Source: Malacoraja senta (lineage: Eukaryota). From it: a stretch of 64,000 bases of DNA. The notes under the pieces are model-generated. The model was not told where the DNA came from and searched no databases. It worked only from the letters and a program-made list of their open reading frames with translations. Below are positions 1-12,440 of this stretch, one piece after another. Position numbers and translations under genes: made by a program. Each line of letters begins with the position of its first letter. Positions within the stretch are counted from its first letter, which is position 1. The stretch spans positions 19,842,001-19,906,000 of the forward strand of contig CM075989.1 in NCBI GenBank assembly GCA_038087875.1, read 5' to 3'.

Positions 1-1022
1 TGGGCAGTGTTTACTACTTTTTGTAGTCTTTTCCTCTCAAGTTGCCGAACCAAGCCACGATGCAACCGGTCAGCATGCTCTCTACTGTGCACCTGTAGAA
101 GTTCGAGAGAGTCCTCCTTGACAAACCGACTCTCCGTAATCTTCTCAGGAAGTAGAGGTGCTGATGTGCTTTCTTAATAATGGCATCAGTGTTCTCGGAC
201 CAGGAAAGATCTTCAGAGATGTGCACGCCCAGGAATTTGAAACTCTTGACCCTTTCAACCATCGACCCGTTGATATAAACGGGAGTGTGGGTCCCCATCC
301 TACTCCTTCCAAAGTCCACGATCAGTTCCTTGGTTTTGCTGGTGTTGAGGGCCAGGTTATTGTGCTGGCACCATATGGACAGTTGCTCGATCTCTCTTCT
401 ATACTCTGACTCATCCCCATCAGTGATACGTCCCACAACAGTGGTGTCGTCAGCGAACTTGATGATGGAGTTCGCACTATGTCCGGCTACGCAATCATGA
501 GTATAGAGTGAGTACAGCAGGGGGCTGAGCACGCAGCCTTGAGGTGCTCCCGTGCTGATTGTTATCGAGTCTGACACATTTCCACCAATACGAACAAACT
601 GTGGTCTGAGAGTGAGGAAGTCGAGGATCCAATTGCAGAAGGATGCGCAGAGACCCAGTTCTGTGAGTTTGGTAACCAGCTTGGAGGGGATGATTGTATT
701 AAATGCCGAGCTGTAATCGATGAATAACAGCCTGACATATGAGTTTTTGTTGTCCAAGTGGTCCAGAGCGGAGATCGCATCCACCGTTGATCTGTTGTGG
801 CGGTAAGCGAACTGCAGTGGGTCCAGGTTTTTGTCGAGGTAGGAGTTGATCTGCGTCATGATCAACCTCTCAAAGCACTTCATCACCACAGACGTTAGTG
901 CCACAGGTCGATAGTCATTGAGGCACGTCACCTTACTCTTCTTGGGCACTGGTATAATTGATGCCCTTTTGAAGCAGGTGGGAACCTCAGACCTCAGAAG
1001 TGAGAGGTTGAAAATGTCCGTA
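1..1022 (-). mobile_element. Rex1/Babar-type non-LTR retrotransposon, 5'-truncated RT region running off the left edge
   Basis: ORF 14..1084 (-) has [15 protein letters not shown]...[54 protein letters not shown] and FKFLG. There is a small in-frame deletion ([10 protein letters not shown]) and a frameshift near position 30. Homology starts at about 1022 (TDIFNLSL). Confidence 0.9.
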
Positions 1023-1242
1023 GGTTGAAAAAGGTCATAGGTTTTTTCAAAGCCACCAAACGCATCTACAAACCTTGTGCACACCTGTCTATCCGTTGAG
1101 TCATTTTATTTTTCTGCATCATAGTTGGCATTGACGAGTTGGGCCGAAGGGCCTGTTTCTGCGCTCTGTGACTATAAAAGTAAAGTAAGGCAGCATTAAA
1201 AGACAATATTTTACTCACTCTCCATAAAGTGCTGCGGACATT

Positions 1243-1490
1243 GATGGTTCAATCCTGACTACGGCTGCTGTCTGTACGGAGTTTGTACGTTCTCCCCGTG
1301 ACCTGCGTGGGGTTTCTCCGTGATCTCCGATTTCCTCCCACACTCCAAAGACGTACAGGTTTGTAGACTAACTGGCTTGGTAAAATTGTAAATAGTCCCC
1401 AGTGTGTGTAGGATAGTGTTAATGTGCGGGGATCGCTGGTCGGCGCTGACTGGGTGGGCGAAGGGGCTGTATCTCAAAACTAAACTAAAC
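1243..1490 (+). mobile_element. V-SINE (HE1-like), 5'-truncated
   Basis: B-box-like ggttcaatcc, V-domain gagtttgtacgttctccccgtg...tttcctcccacactccaaagac, and (taaac)n tail. Confidence 0.85.
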
Positions 1491-1548
1491 ATTGCATCCT
1501 CCAGAGGGACACACAAACATTGCATCCTCCAGAGGGACACACAAACAT
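1487..1548. repeat. 28-bp tandem duplication
   Basis: aaacattgcatcctccagagggacacac twice, then aaacat. Confidence 0.9.
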
Positions 1549-2322
1549 GGACAAGAGAAAAACACAAAGTGCTATAAGAACTCAGCGGGTCAGGCAGCAT
1601 CTGCGAAGGGAAGTGGGCAGGCGACGTTTCGGGTTGGGACCCTTCTTCTGATGTCTGTCCGTGCCTTTCCGTGCTGTATCTTTAAACAAAACAAAGTGCT
1701 GGAGGAACTCAGCGGGTCAGGCAGCATCTATTGAAGGAACAGCAATCTTCAGAAGGGTCCTGCACCGAAGCATCATCTGTCCCATCCCCGCACAGACGTT
1801 GCCTGGCCCACTGAATTCCTCCAGTGCTTGTGTTTTGCTCACAATTCCAGCATCTGCACTTTCTTCTATTTCCAGGCGTGGACGGGTCATGGTCATTGTG
1901 TGGAAACAGGCCCTTCGGCCCAACTTGCCCACAACGGCCAACAATGTCCCTGCCACACTAGTCCCACTTGCCTGCGCTTAGAGTCTGTGCAAGCGATGAG
2001 GTTCATTCAAAAGCACTTGGCATTTCATTTCTAAAATATGTATCTTTGGGAAGGTAAGTTTGAGATTTCCTGTCATTCACAGATTTTTCTTCTCCTCCAT
2101 GCAGCAACAAAGCTGGGATCAATCGCGGTCAGTGACGTTACCCAGTGCCTGTTGGCATGTCATCATTGCAAAGTTATAACTTCCACTCTGGTAAGTCTGG
2201 AGTTTTGGCATGTTTTGATTTTACAAAGTGATTGAAAGCGTCCAGTGTTTAAGTGCAGGACTGATTGTGCTCATTCATTTATTGAATATGATTTACACAT
2301 ATATATATATATAACTCTGCAG

Positions 2323-2455
2323 TTGTTTAAGAAGGAACTGCAGATGCTGGAAAATCGAAGGTAGACAAAAATGCTGAAGAAACTCAGCGGGTGAGGCAGC
2401 ATCTATGGAGCGAAGGAAATAGGCAACGTTTCGGGTCAGGACCCTTCTTCAGACT
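2323..2455 (-). mobile_element. Penelope-like terminal module (solo)
   Basis: Reverse complement of the ctgaagaagggt..cccgaaacgtt...gcagttccttcttaaaca module. Confidence 0.75.
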
Positions 2456-2887
2456 TGAGCTATACCTGCCTCCCGTGGGATGGTGGAAAAAGAGCTTTGT
2501 GGAACCATGAAGCTATGCCTGTGAGCAATAATCAAGTCTCATGAATTGAGGGACTTTGTGGAAGACTGCAGCAGGGTAGCGGCACTGGGTAAGTCGAAGG
2601 AGATAGGAAGGGAAGTTAAAACTAATTAAATGCATAGGAAGGAACTGCAGATGCTGATTTACACTGAAGATAGAAGCAAAATGCTGGAGTAACTCAGCTG
2701 GGACAGGCAGCATATCTGGAAAAAAGGAATAGGTGACGTTACCGGTCGAGACCTTTCTTCAGACTGAAAGTAGAGGTGGGGAAAGGGGGGGGTTCAATGA
2801 GATCCCCCCTCAAGTCACTTTTGGGGAAAAATCACTTGGACAAATTATTTTAAGCAAAGACATTTGGAATTGTCCCTCAATTGTCAC

Positions 2888-3592
2888 TGAAAGTGAGCAT
2901 GCAGATACAGCAGGCAGTGAAGAAAGCTGATGGCATGTTGGCTTTCATAACAAGAGGAGTTGCGTATAGGAGCAAAGAGGTCCTTCTGCAATTGTACAGG
3001 GCCCTGGTGAGACCACACCTGGAGTATTGTGTGCAGTTTTGGTCTCCAAATTTGAGGAAGGAAATCCTTGCTATTGAGGGAGTGTAGCGTAGGTTCAAGA
3101 GGTTAATTCCCGGGATGGCTGGACTGTCATATGTTCAAAGAATGGAGCGACTGGGCTTGTATTCTACACTGGAATTTAGAAGGATGAGAGGGGATCTTAT
3201 TGAAACATATAAGATTATTAAGGGATTGGACAAGCTAGAGGAAGGAAACATGTTCCCGATGTTGGGGGAGTGTAGAACCAGGACCATTTAGAACGGAGAT
3301 GATGTGTAAGAATAAGGGGTAGGCCATTTAGAACGGAGATGATGGAAAAGCTTTTCACCCAGAGAGTTGTGAATGTGTGGAATTCCCTGCCTCAGAAGGC
3401 AGTGGACTCCAATTTACTGGATGTTTTTAAGAGAGAGTTAGATAGAGCTCTTGAAGTTAGCGGAGTCACGGGATATGGGGAGAAGGCAGGAACGGGGTAC
3501 TGATTGTGGATGATCAGCCATAATCACATTGAATGGCGGTGCTGGCTCGAAGGTCCGAATGGCCTACTCCTGCACCTATCGTCTATCGTCTA
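2888..3592 (+). mobile_element. CR1 LINE 3' fragment
   Basis: LYRALVRPHLEYCVQFWSP with an in-frame stop, followed by a CR1 3' UTR ending ggcctactcctgcacctatcgtctatcgtcta. Confidence 0.9.
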
Positions 3593-3859
3593 TAATGATT
3601 GGTGGCATGCTTGTGTGATATGACCAGTCAGAAGTTAATTGTTGATCACGGGTACTAAAGACACTGTCCAGTCACATTAGTGCGTTGTACTCTGCCTGTG
3701 ACCTTCATGCTGTTGCGATTGAATTGCAGAAGCAACGTGTGACATTCTGACGTAACCAGACAGTGTGTTTAACGTTACCAAGTGGGGATCAATTTCAAGG
3801 CAAATAGTCATTTTCTTAATGAGGATAAAAAGGGCTCAATCGAATCAGACCAACGGACA

Positions 3860-4540
3860 TTGGAGCAGAATTAAGCCATTCAGCCCATCGAATCTACTCC
3901 GCCATTCAATCATGGCTGATCTATTTTTCCCCCTCAATCCCATTCTCCTGCCTTCTCCTTATAACCCCATGACACCCTAATCAATAATCTATCAATCCTT
4001 GCTTTAAAAATAACCAATGATGGCCTCCACGGCTATCTATGGCAATGAATTCCACAGATTCACCATCCTCTGGCTCAGAAAATTCCTCGTCATCTCCATT
4101 TCAAAGGTATGACCTTTTATTTTGAGGCTGTGCCCTCTGGTCCTGGACTCTCCCACTATGGGAAACATCCATTCCATGTCCACTCTTATCTATGCCTTTC
4201 ATTATCTGGTGGGTTTCAATGTGGTCCCCCCTCATCCTTCGAAATTCCAGCGAGTACAGGCCCAGAGCCTTCGAACTGTCCTCATATGTTAACCCGATCA
4301 TCCCACAGATCATTCTCGTAAACCTCCTCTGGACCCTCTCCAAAGCCAGCACATCCTTCCTCAGATGTGGGGCCCAAAACTGCTCACAATATGTGCCAAA
4401 TGTGGCCTCACCAATGCCTGATGAAGCCTCAGCATTACATCTTTGCTTTTTATATTCTTGTCTTCCCAAAATGAATGTTAGCATTGCGTTTACCTTCTTT
4501 ACCACCGACTCAAGCTGAAAATTAACCCTTTGGGAATTCT
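3860..4540 (-). mobile_element. CR1 LINE 3' fragment
   Basis: Minus-strand CEQFWAPHLRKDVLALERVQRRFTRMI and LGLYSLEFRRMRGD. Confidence 0.85.
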
Positions 4541-4907
4541 GCCCCAAAGACGTACAGGTTTGTAGGCTAATTGGCTTGGTAAATGTTAAGAAAAATTGTC
4601 CCTAGTGTGTGTAGGATAATGTTAATGTGCGGGGATCGCTGGTCGGCGAGGACCCGGTGGGCCGAAGGGCCTGTTTCCGTGCTGTATCTCTAAACTGAAC
4701 TAAACACTCCTGACTCCCTTTGCACCTCTGATTCATTCATCTATTTCATTTAAACATCGTCTACCAGCACACAGCCCTTAAAATTGGAGTTGATAAAACC
4801 TGCTGTAAAATCAGGAGGCATAATTTGCCACCTCAGATATTTGACCCTGGAAACTGTCTTGTAACTATTTGAAACTCGTTTGCTTACAAGTCAAATTGTA
4901 ACCGTAA

Positions 4908-5235
4908 TAGCCCTGTCCCACGGTACGAGTTCATTCAAAGAGTTCTCCCGAGTTTGCCCTGATTCGTACTCGTAGATTTACGGTAATGGCCGCTCGCAGG
5001 TACTCGGGGCTCTCGTGGACATTTTTCAACATGTTGAAAAATCTTCACGTGTCTTCCAGAGCTTACCTGCCGTTAGCGAGTCTTCCCGAGTACCTGCCGT
5101 TAGCGTTACGAGCCGCTAAGAGAAGTTCCGAGCTCCGACGTACCCGCTACGTTCATTCTACGTGCTTACCACGAGTTTGATTTTTTTTCAACTCAGGAGA
5201 GCACTTGAATGAACTCGTACAGTGGGACAGGGCTT
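4908..5235. mobile_element. Harbinger-like MITE (family A)
   Basis: Terminal inverted repeats (t/a)agccctgtcccacggtacgagttcattc ... gaatgaactcgtacagtgggacagggctt, flanked by taa/tat. An inverted copy lies at 29765-30094. Confidence 0.8.
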
Positions 5236-6039
5236 TATGCCTCAGTGCTACACCATGACATTTACATTGATAAGAGCTTTTTGTATCAATCGGAACAATT
5301 AATATAATTAAAATCAGAATATAATTAAAATTTACTTCCTAATAAGATTGAATGTAGTTGATAAGATTCAATGTAGTTTTACAATAACACATTTCAAAGT
5401 TTACAGAGGCACAAGAAACCCAAGACACTGCAGGTGCTGGAATCTTGAGGAAAAAAAAGTGCTAGAGGAACGCAGGGGGTCAGACAGCATCTGCACAGGG
5501 AATCGCACAGGCGACATTTAGGATTAAAATGTAGAAACAAAGAACTGCAGATGCTGGTTTATAGCAAAGATAGGCACAAAGTGCTGGAGTAACTCAACGG
5601 GTCGGGCAGCATCTCTGGAGATTGTGTGCAGATCGTGATAAGCGATGGGTTAATATACGAGGGAGAATGATTTCCTTGTAAGGTCAAAGTCAGCATTTTA
5701 AACATCACTTCAGTACTTCAGAATTTAGTGCTGAGGTTTCTAACTTTCTGTGACTGACTTACCTCGTTAACGGAAAATAATTTGTGTTTCTTAGTTAAAT
5801 TGTAGCTAAATAGGAATTCTGTTCAAACTCATTAATTCGGAAACTTTTGGAACTTTTTGTAAACTATAACCTGTCTTTGGTAATATATTGTAGGATTGGA
5901 TATGTTTAATGTAATTACATTAAAGGTTTTGCCCTCTGAGGTGATTAGATAATTGGAAATGTTAGTATTCGAGGTATAATTGAGGTGAATGACTGAGAGG
6001 CACAAACTGTTGGCTTTCTGTTATAAATTAGCTTGGTCG

Positions 6040-6780
6040 TAAGAGGCAATGGGTGATGGTATGAGGTTCTTTCTGAGATTGGAAGCCTGTGACCAGTGAC
6101 TTGGGAACTTAAGATTTGTTAAATAATTAGTAATCTCGGCATGATTAGTAGACTCGTCCAGAGGCACATTGGCCTTCATCAGTCAGAGTATTGGGTGTAG
6201 ATGTTGGGAGGTCATGTAACGGTTATATAAGACATTGGCGAGGCTGCATTTAGAGTATTGGTGTTCAGTTTTGGTCACCGTGTTATAGAAGAGATCGGAA
6301 GGGTTCAGAGAAGATTTACCAGGATGTTGCCAGGACTCAAGTGACTGAGCTATAGGGAGAGGTTGAGAAGGCTAGGGCTTTATTCCTTGGAGGGCAGGAG
6401 GATGAGGGGCGATCTTGTAGAAGTCCACAAAATCATGAGGGGAATAGATTGGGTAGATGCACAGAGCCTCTTGCCCAAAGAGGGGTAATTGAGAACCAGA
6501 GGGCATAGGTTTAAGGTGAAGGGGGAAAGATTTTATAGGAATCTGAGGTGTGACCTTTCCAAGCAAAGGATGGTAGGTATATGGAACGAGCTGCCAGAGA
6601 AGGCAGGTGAGGCAGGTATTATTGCAACATTTAAGAAGCAATTAGATAGGTACACGAATAGTACAGTTTAGAGGGATGTGGGCCAAATGCTGGCAAGTGG
6701 GTCTAGTGCAGATGGGACATGTTGGTCGGTGTGGACAAGGTGCGCTGAAGGGCCTGTTTCCACGCGGTATGACTCTATGA
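6040..6780 (+). mobile_element. Degraded CR1 LINE 3' fragment
   Basis: RTRGHRFKVKGERF...VGIWNELP, with 3' tail gaagggcctgtttccacgcggtatgactctatga. Confidence 0.8.
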
Positions 6781-7454
6781 ATCATAGAGCTGTACAGTGT
6801 GGAAAGAGGCCCTTCAGCCCACCTTGTCCACTCCAGCCAATTGGCACATTGAACTATTTATATATCTGCCCAAAGGTCTTTAAAAAAATAAGTTAACACA
6901 TAACATGAAGATTGAAGAGGAGAGTAGTCTTCAACTCAAGAATCGTCACCTGTCCGTTCCCTCCACGGATGTTGCCTGACCCGCTGAGTTCCTCCAGCAC
7001 TTTGTGTTTTGCACACAGACAAAGACAATTAATGTGCCTCTAAACGCTTCCAATAATCTATTTGGACTCAACCTATCAAAGCTATTCCCTAAACAAGTCT
7101 TAAAGAACTGGAGTAACTCAGTGGGTCAGTCTGCATCTCTGGAGAACATGTTGAGGTGACATTTCAGTTCAGGACCCTTTTTCAGAAACAAAGACATTCC
7201 CTTTGTTCTAGCCTTCCCTCCCTTCCCCTTTCCCTGTAACTGAAAACAAATGTTTTATTTCTCTCCTTCGCAATTCTGCCAATGGATCTGGAACCTGAAT
7301 CATTTCCCTTTCCGCAGATGCTCCCGAACATGCTGGGTTTACCATCATTCTCTGTTTTTATTATAGACTATGATTGCACAGGAAACGGTGCTCAGAACAT
7401 TCAGCAGCTCATCTGTGAATGACTATTGACGAGAGATTGGATAAGCTGACGAAA

Positions 7455-7672
7455 TGTGTGGGAAGGAACTGCAGATGCTGGTTTACACCGAAGATAGACA
7501 CAAAAAGCTGGAGTAACTCAGCGGGACAGGCAGCATCTCTGGAGAGAAGGAACGGGTTGAGACGTTCAGGGTTGAGACCCTTCTTCTCGACCCAAAACGT
7601 CACCCATTCCTTCTCTCCAGAGATGCTGCCTGTCCCGCTGAGTTACTGCAACATTCTCTTATGTCTATCTCT
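7455..7672 (-). mobile_element. Penelope-like fold-back module inserted in a CR1 relic
   Basis: Inverted arms, flanked by direct repeat ggataagctga (7439-7449 and 7674-7684). Confidence 0.75.
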
Positions 7673-8664
7673 AGGATAAGCTGAGCTTGTTTTCATTGGA
7701 GGGGAAAAGGCTGGAGGGTGGGTGACCTGATTGAGGGATGTAAACCTCCGAGGAGCACGGATAGTGTAGACAGTAAGAAACTTCTCTCGTTAGCAGAGAT
7801 GAATATAACCAGAGGCCATAGGTTTACTGTAAGGAATATGAGATTTAGATGGGATTTCAGAAAGGATTCTCTAATCCTGAGGAGAGTTCAAATCTGGAAT
7901 GCATTGCCTGAAGGATATTGGAGACAGGTGCTCGAACATCATTTTAAGAAGTATCTAAAACACTAAGGTAGTGAAGACTGCGGGCCAGGTGCCAGAAAAC
8001 GCTAATAGCATAGATAGTTAATTGATGGCAGACATGAACACTGTAGACCGAGAGATGCGTTTCTTCCCTCTGAATTCCTTATTCTGCAAATATCAGTGGC
8101 AGGGAAGCATCTTTGCTGGTTTGATGACGTTCTGATAGAAGTCACCAATATTTTTGATTTAAATGTAGGCTGGCACTGTTTCTTAGCAAGGGTGCTTTGC
8201 TCATAGAAAATATAGAATATAGGTGCAGAGGAGGCCATTCGGCCCTTCGAGCCATTGTGAACATTGTAAAACATTGGATCTAGTATCGTTGGTCCATTAG
8301 TTGGTAAACCCAGGCACTGAAACTGGAGGCTGCAACGTGAGATAAGAGAGAAGTCTTATTGATACTTTGCCATGGGTAACAGCGAAGAAAGCCCAGAGAA
8401 CAGATGTTAAAAATATTTATCAAAGGTCTCGGCAGCAAAACTGTTTGCATTGCCAGTTGGAACGAGGTCCAGAGGGCACAAAAATAAGCCGATTGACAAA
8501 AGAACCAAGTGTAACATGGGGAAAATCTTTGCCATGCAGCAAAATAGTCATCATTTGGAATTTATTTCCGGGGAAGGAAATTGGCTCAGAGGTTGTTTTG
8601 GAAGGAAGCTGGATAAGGGAGATAACATTCCAGGACTCCAGGGAAAGAGTAGGCAAAAGTCTTA

Positions 8665-9040
8665 TTGATCTTATAGAGGTGTATAAAATCAAGAGAGGAA
8701 TAGATCGGGTGGACGCACAGAGTCTCTTGCCCAGAGTGGGTGACTCGTGGAGCAGAGGACATAGGTTTAAGATGAAGGGGAAAATATTTAATAGGAATCT
8801 GAGGGGCAACTTTTTCACACAAAGGATGGTGGGTGTATAGAACGAGCTGCCAGAGGAGGTAGTTGAGGCTGGGACGATCCCAACGTTTAAGAAACAGTTA
8901 GGTAGGTACATGGGAAGGACAGGTTTGGAGGGATATGGGCCAAACATGGGCAGGTGGAACTAGTGTAGCTGGGACATGTTGGCCGGTGTGGGAAGGTTGG
9001 GCCAAAGGGCCCGTTTCCACACTGCATGCCTGTATGACTC
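8665..9040 (+). mobile_element. CR1 LINE 3' fragment
   Basis: DLIEVYKI...SRGHRFKMKG...FFTQRMVGV, then the CR1 tail. Confidence 0.85.
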
Positions 9041-10392
9041 ATACAGTCGTATAGCTACACAGCATGGAAACAGGCCCGTCTGCCCACCCTGTCCACGCCA
9101 GACAAATTGTTACATTAAACTCATGCCTTTCGCTTGCATTGAACACATATCCCTCTGAAACCTTCCTATTCATACATCTGCCCAAATCGCTTTGAAAAAG
9201 CAAGTTCACACATAACATGAAGTTTGAAGAGGAGGGGAATCTTTGATGCTCTATGACTCTATGAAAGGAACAGAATGGATTGTTTGCATAGAGCCAGAAA
9301 GGGCTTGAGAGGCTAAATGGCATCCTGTGCTATGATTATTTGCTTCCACTGGGAACTCTAATGTAAACTTTATTTGTCCTCCGAACCTTACAACATACAC
9401 CATGAATTTGTGGAACATCAAGTTTTCAATCTTATCATTGTTTACATTTTAATATATATTGGATGCGTCTCTATTCAGCAGGATAACTAAACCACAACAT
9501 TCTTGAGAAATCATAGAGTTGACCTCCTCTAAGCTGCCCCCCAAGTTGCTTCCACAATTTGAAAGAAGCCTTGTGTAAATCTGCAGTCATTTTCTGCTGC
9601 GCAGTTTCTGAACAGATGTACAATGGCTGAAGTGTTTAAGAAAGAGGCTGCACAGAAAAATGGAGATGCTGAAATCTCGAGCAAAACAAGAGGCGTAGCG
9701 GTAGAGCTGCTGCCTCACAGGTTAATTGTGGGTTAATTGTGGGTCTCTAAATTGGCCCCAGTGTGTGGACTCAAAAGTGGGATAACGAATACGAATGGGT
9801 GATCAATGGGCAGCATGGACGGTGGGCTGAAGGGCCTCTTTCCCTGCTGTGTCTCTAAGCTAAACTACAAGTTCTGGAGGAACTCAGCAGGTCAGGCAGC
9901 ACCTGTGGAGGGAACAGCAGTCTGAAGAAAGGACCTGCCCCGAAACGTCATCTGTCCATTCCCTCCACAGATGCTGCCTGACCCGCTGAGTTCTTCCAGC
10001 ATTTTTGATGTGTTTAAGAAACTAATTTATTTTTTTCTATATTTCAAGAAACCTACAGGTTTTCTGTATTGAGTAAGTAAAACGCCGAAACCTTAGTATT
10101 TGATTTGCCCTTCATCATCATTTTATTACTTTGCTGATTAATCTGTATTGTATTTTCTTTCAACTCTGCTCAAGTTAAATATGTGTAACACAAGATATGT
10201 TTACACTAGATGTCAAGGGCATTTCATCTCCAGATGTTAACTTGCCTATCAGAGCAGCTTAATTTCTGTTTGGCACTCTTTTAAACATTTAAACAATTTG
10301 AAGGATTATAAGTTTTGAGGTTATTTTCTGATATTAAAAATTATTCATAGTTGGACACTTTCTTCCTAATGGTTTTGGAATTTCCATGTTAC

Positions 10393-10699
10393 TTTAGTCT
10401 TTAGAAATACAGCGCGGAAACAGGCCCTTCGGCCCATCGAGTCCGGGCCGACCAGTGATCATCCCATACATTAGCACTATCCTACACACTAGGCACAATT
10501 TACAATTTTCAGAAGACAATTAACCTACAAACCTGTGTGTCTTTGGAGTATAGAGGAAAGCGGACCATCCAGAGAAAACCCACGCAGGTCACGGGGAGAA
10601 CGTACAAACTCCGTACTGGCAGCACCCATAGTCAGGATTGAACCCAGGTCTCTGGCTTCATAAGGAAGCAACTCTACCGCTGCGCCACCGTGCCACCCC
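10393..10699 (-). mobile_element. V-SINE (HE1-like), full length
   Basis: A box tggcgcagcggt, B box ggttcaatcc, V-domain and CR1-like tail on the minus strand. Confidence 0.85.
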
Positions 10700-11749
10700 G
10701 CATTAGCTCTTCTGAATGTTGTCTGATGGTCTTTTCTGAACAAAATCATTTAACAGAAGATGAAGCTGTTAAAATAGATTGGGAAAGTTCATAAGAACAG
10801 GCCAACTAGGATATTATTGCAACCTCAGGGGACATTATGGGTGTAGATTTATTTTTCATTGAAGAAGGTGTGGGGATTGTGTTTTTCACAGTCTGCCTGT
10901 TTAGCCTCATTGTCTCATTATGTTGAGAACTCTTGGTTCAAATATGTCAGAATATTGTGCTGATAGAACATGGAACGTCCTCTGAGCCACAATGCCTGTG
11001 CCAAAAATGATACCAACTTGAATCTGCTCTGCCTGCCTCTAATTCCCTTCATTTCCTGCATATCTGTGTGCCTAAATTAAAGCCACTTAAACACCACTAC
11101 TGTATCCGCCTCTACCACCACCCCTGGCTGAGCATTCCAGGCACTCACTGACTGAAAATCACTTTTAAGTACTTGAAATTAATTTTCAAATATCAAAATT
11201 AATGGACATTATAAGTGATAGGAGCAGAATTAGGCCATTTGGCCCATCAAGTCTGCCATTCAATCATGGCTGATCTATCTTCCCCTCTTAACCCCATTCA
11301 CCTGCCTCCTCCTCATGACCCGTGACACCCGTACTAATCAAGAATCTCTTTATCTCTGCCTTAAAAGTATCCATTGACTTGGCCTCCACAGCCTTCTGTG
11401 GCAATGAATTCCACAGATTCACCACCCCCTGACTAAAGAAATTAATGGTCTGCTTATGGTAGAAGCTGTGCTTCTATGCTTATGGTAGAAGCTGTTTTCT
11501 GGGAATTATATTTTGGGGAGGACTAAAAATCCCTAGACAGCTTATCAAGTCTAATTCTGTTGTTAAAGATGCTGTAATGAGTTTGGCAAGAATTGCCTTT
11601 TTAATTGAGCTGTTTGAAATGAAATTCAAAGGCAACTGATATTCAAAGGGTCAGGCAGCATCTGTGAAGGCGGAGAAAGGTTGAGGTTTTGGGGCCATGG
11701 CCTGATGCAGGATCTCGAACAGAAACAACAACCGTCCCTCCATCTCTAG

Positions 11750-11947
11750 TGGCAAGGTGCCACTGCGGAAGAGTTGCTGCCTCAGCGTCAGAGACCCAGG
11801 TTCGATCCCGACCATGGGTGCTGTCTGTACGAAGTTTGTACATTCGCCCTGTGACCATGTGAGTTTTCTCCGAGACCTTTGGATTCCTCCCACACTCAAG
11901 ACATACAAGTTTGTAGTTTAATTGGCTTGGTAAAGTTGTAAATTGTA
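11750..11947 (+). mobile_element. V-SINE interrupted by an L2 insertion
   Basis: tRNA head and V-domain up to aaattgt; the SINE resumes as tccctagt at about 12442. Confidence 0.8.
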
Positions 11948-12440
11948 AAAAGGGACCACATCACCCCGATCCTGGCCTCTCTCCACTGGCTCCCTGTGCG
12001 GTTCCGTATAAACTTCAAGATCCTCCTCCATGTCTACAAAGCCCTCAATGGGCTTGCCCCCACCTACATTAAAAGTCTTCTCACCCACCACTCCACCTCC
12101 AGGCCCCTCAGATCGGCCGACTTGGGGTTGCTGAATATCCCACGGTTTAGGTATAAGCTCAGGGGCGATCGCGCCTTTGCGGTTGCAGCCCCTAGACTGT
12201 GGAACAGCATCCCCTTTCCCATCAGAACTGCCCCCTCCATCGACTTTTTTAAGTCAAGACTAAAAACTTATCTATACTCCCAAGCCTTTCCTGACGTCCT
12301 GTGAGTGAGGGCTACATGTATATATGTATGTAGTTTGTTTTGTTTATGCTATTCCTATAACAAATGTAAAGCACTTTGGCCAACGAGAGTTGTTTTTTAA
12401 ATGTGCTATATAAATAAATGTGACTTGACTTGACTTGACT
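11948..12440 (+). mobile_element. L2-clade LINE 3' end
   Basis: DHITPILASLHWLPVRFRINFKILL...GLAP...LRS...GDRAFAVAAPRLWNS...FKSRLKTYL. The 3' UTR reads tgtaaagcactttg...gtgctatataaataaa followed by (gactt)n. Confidence 0.9.
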
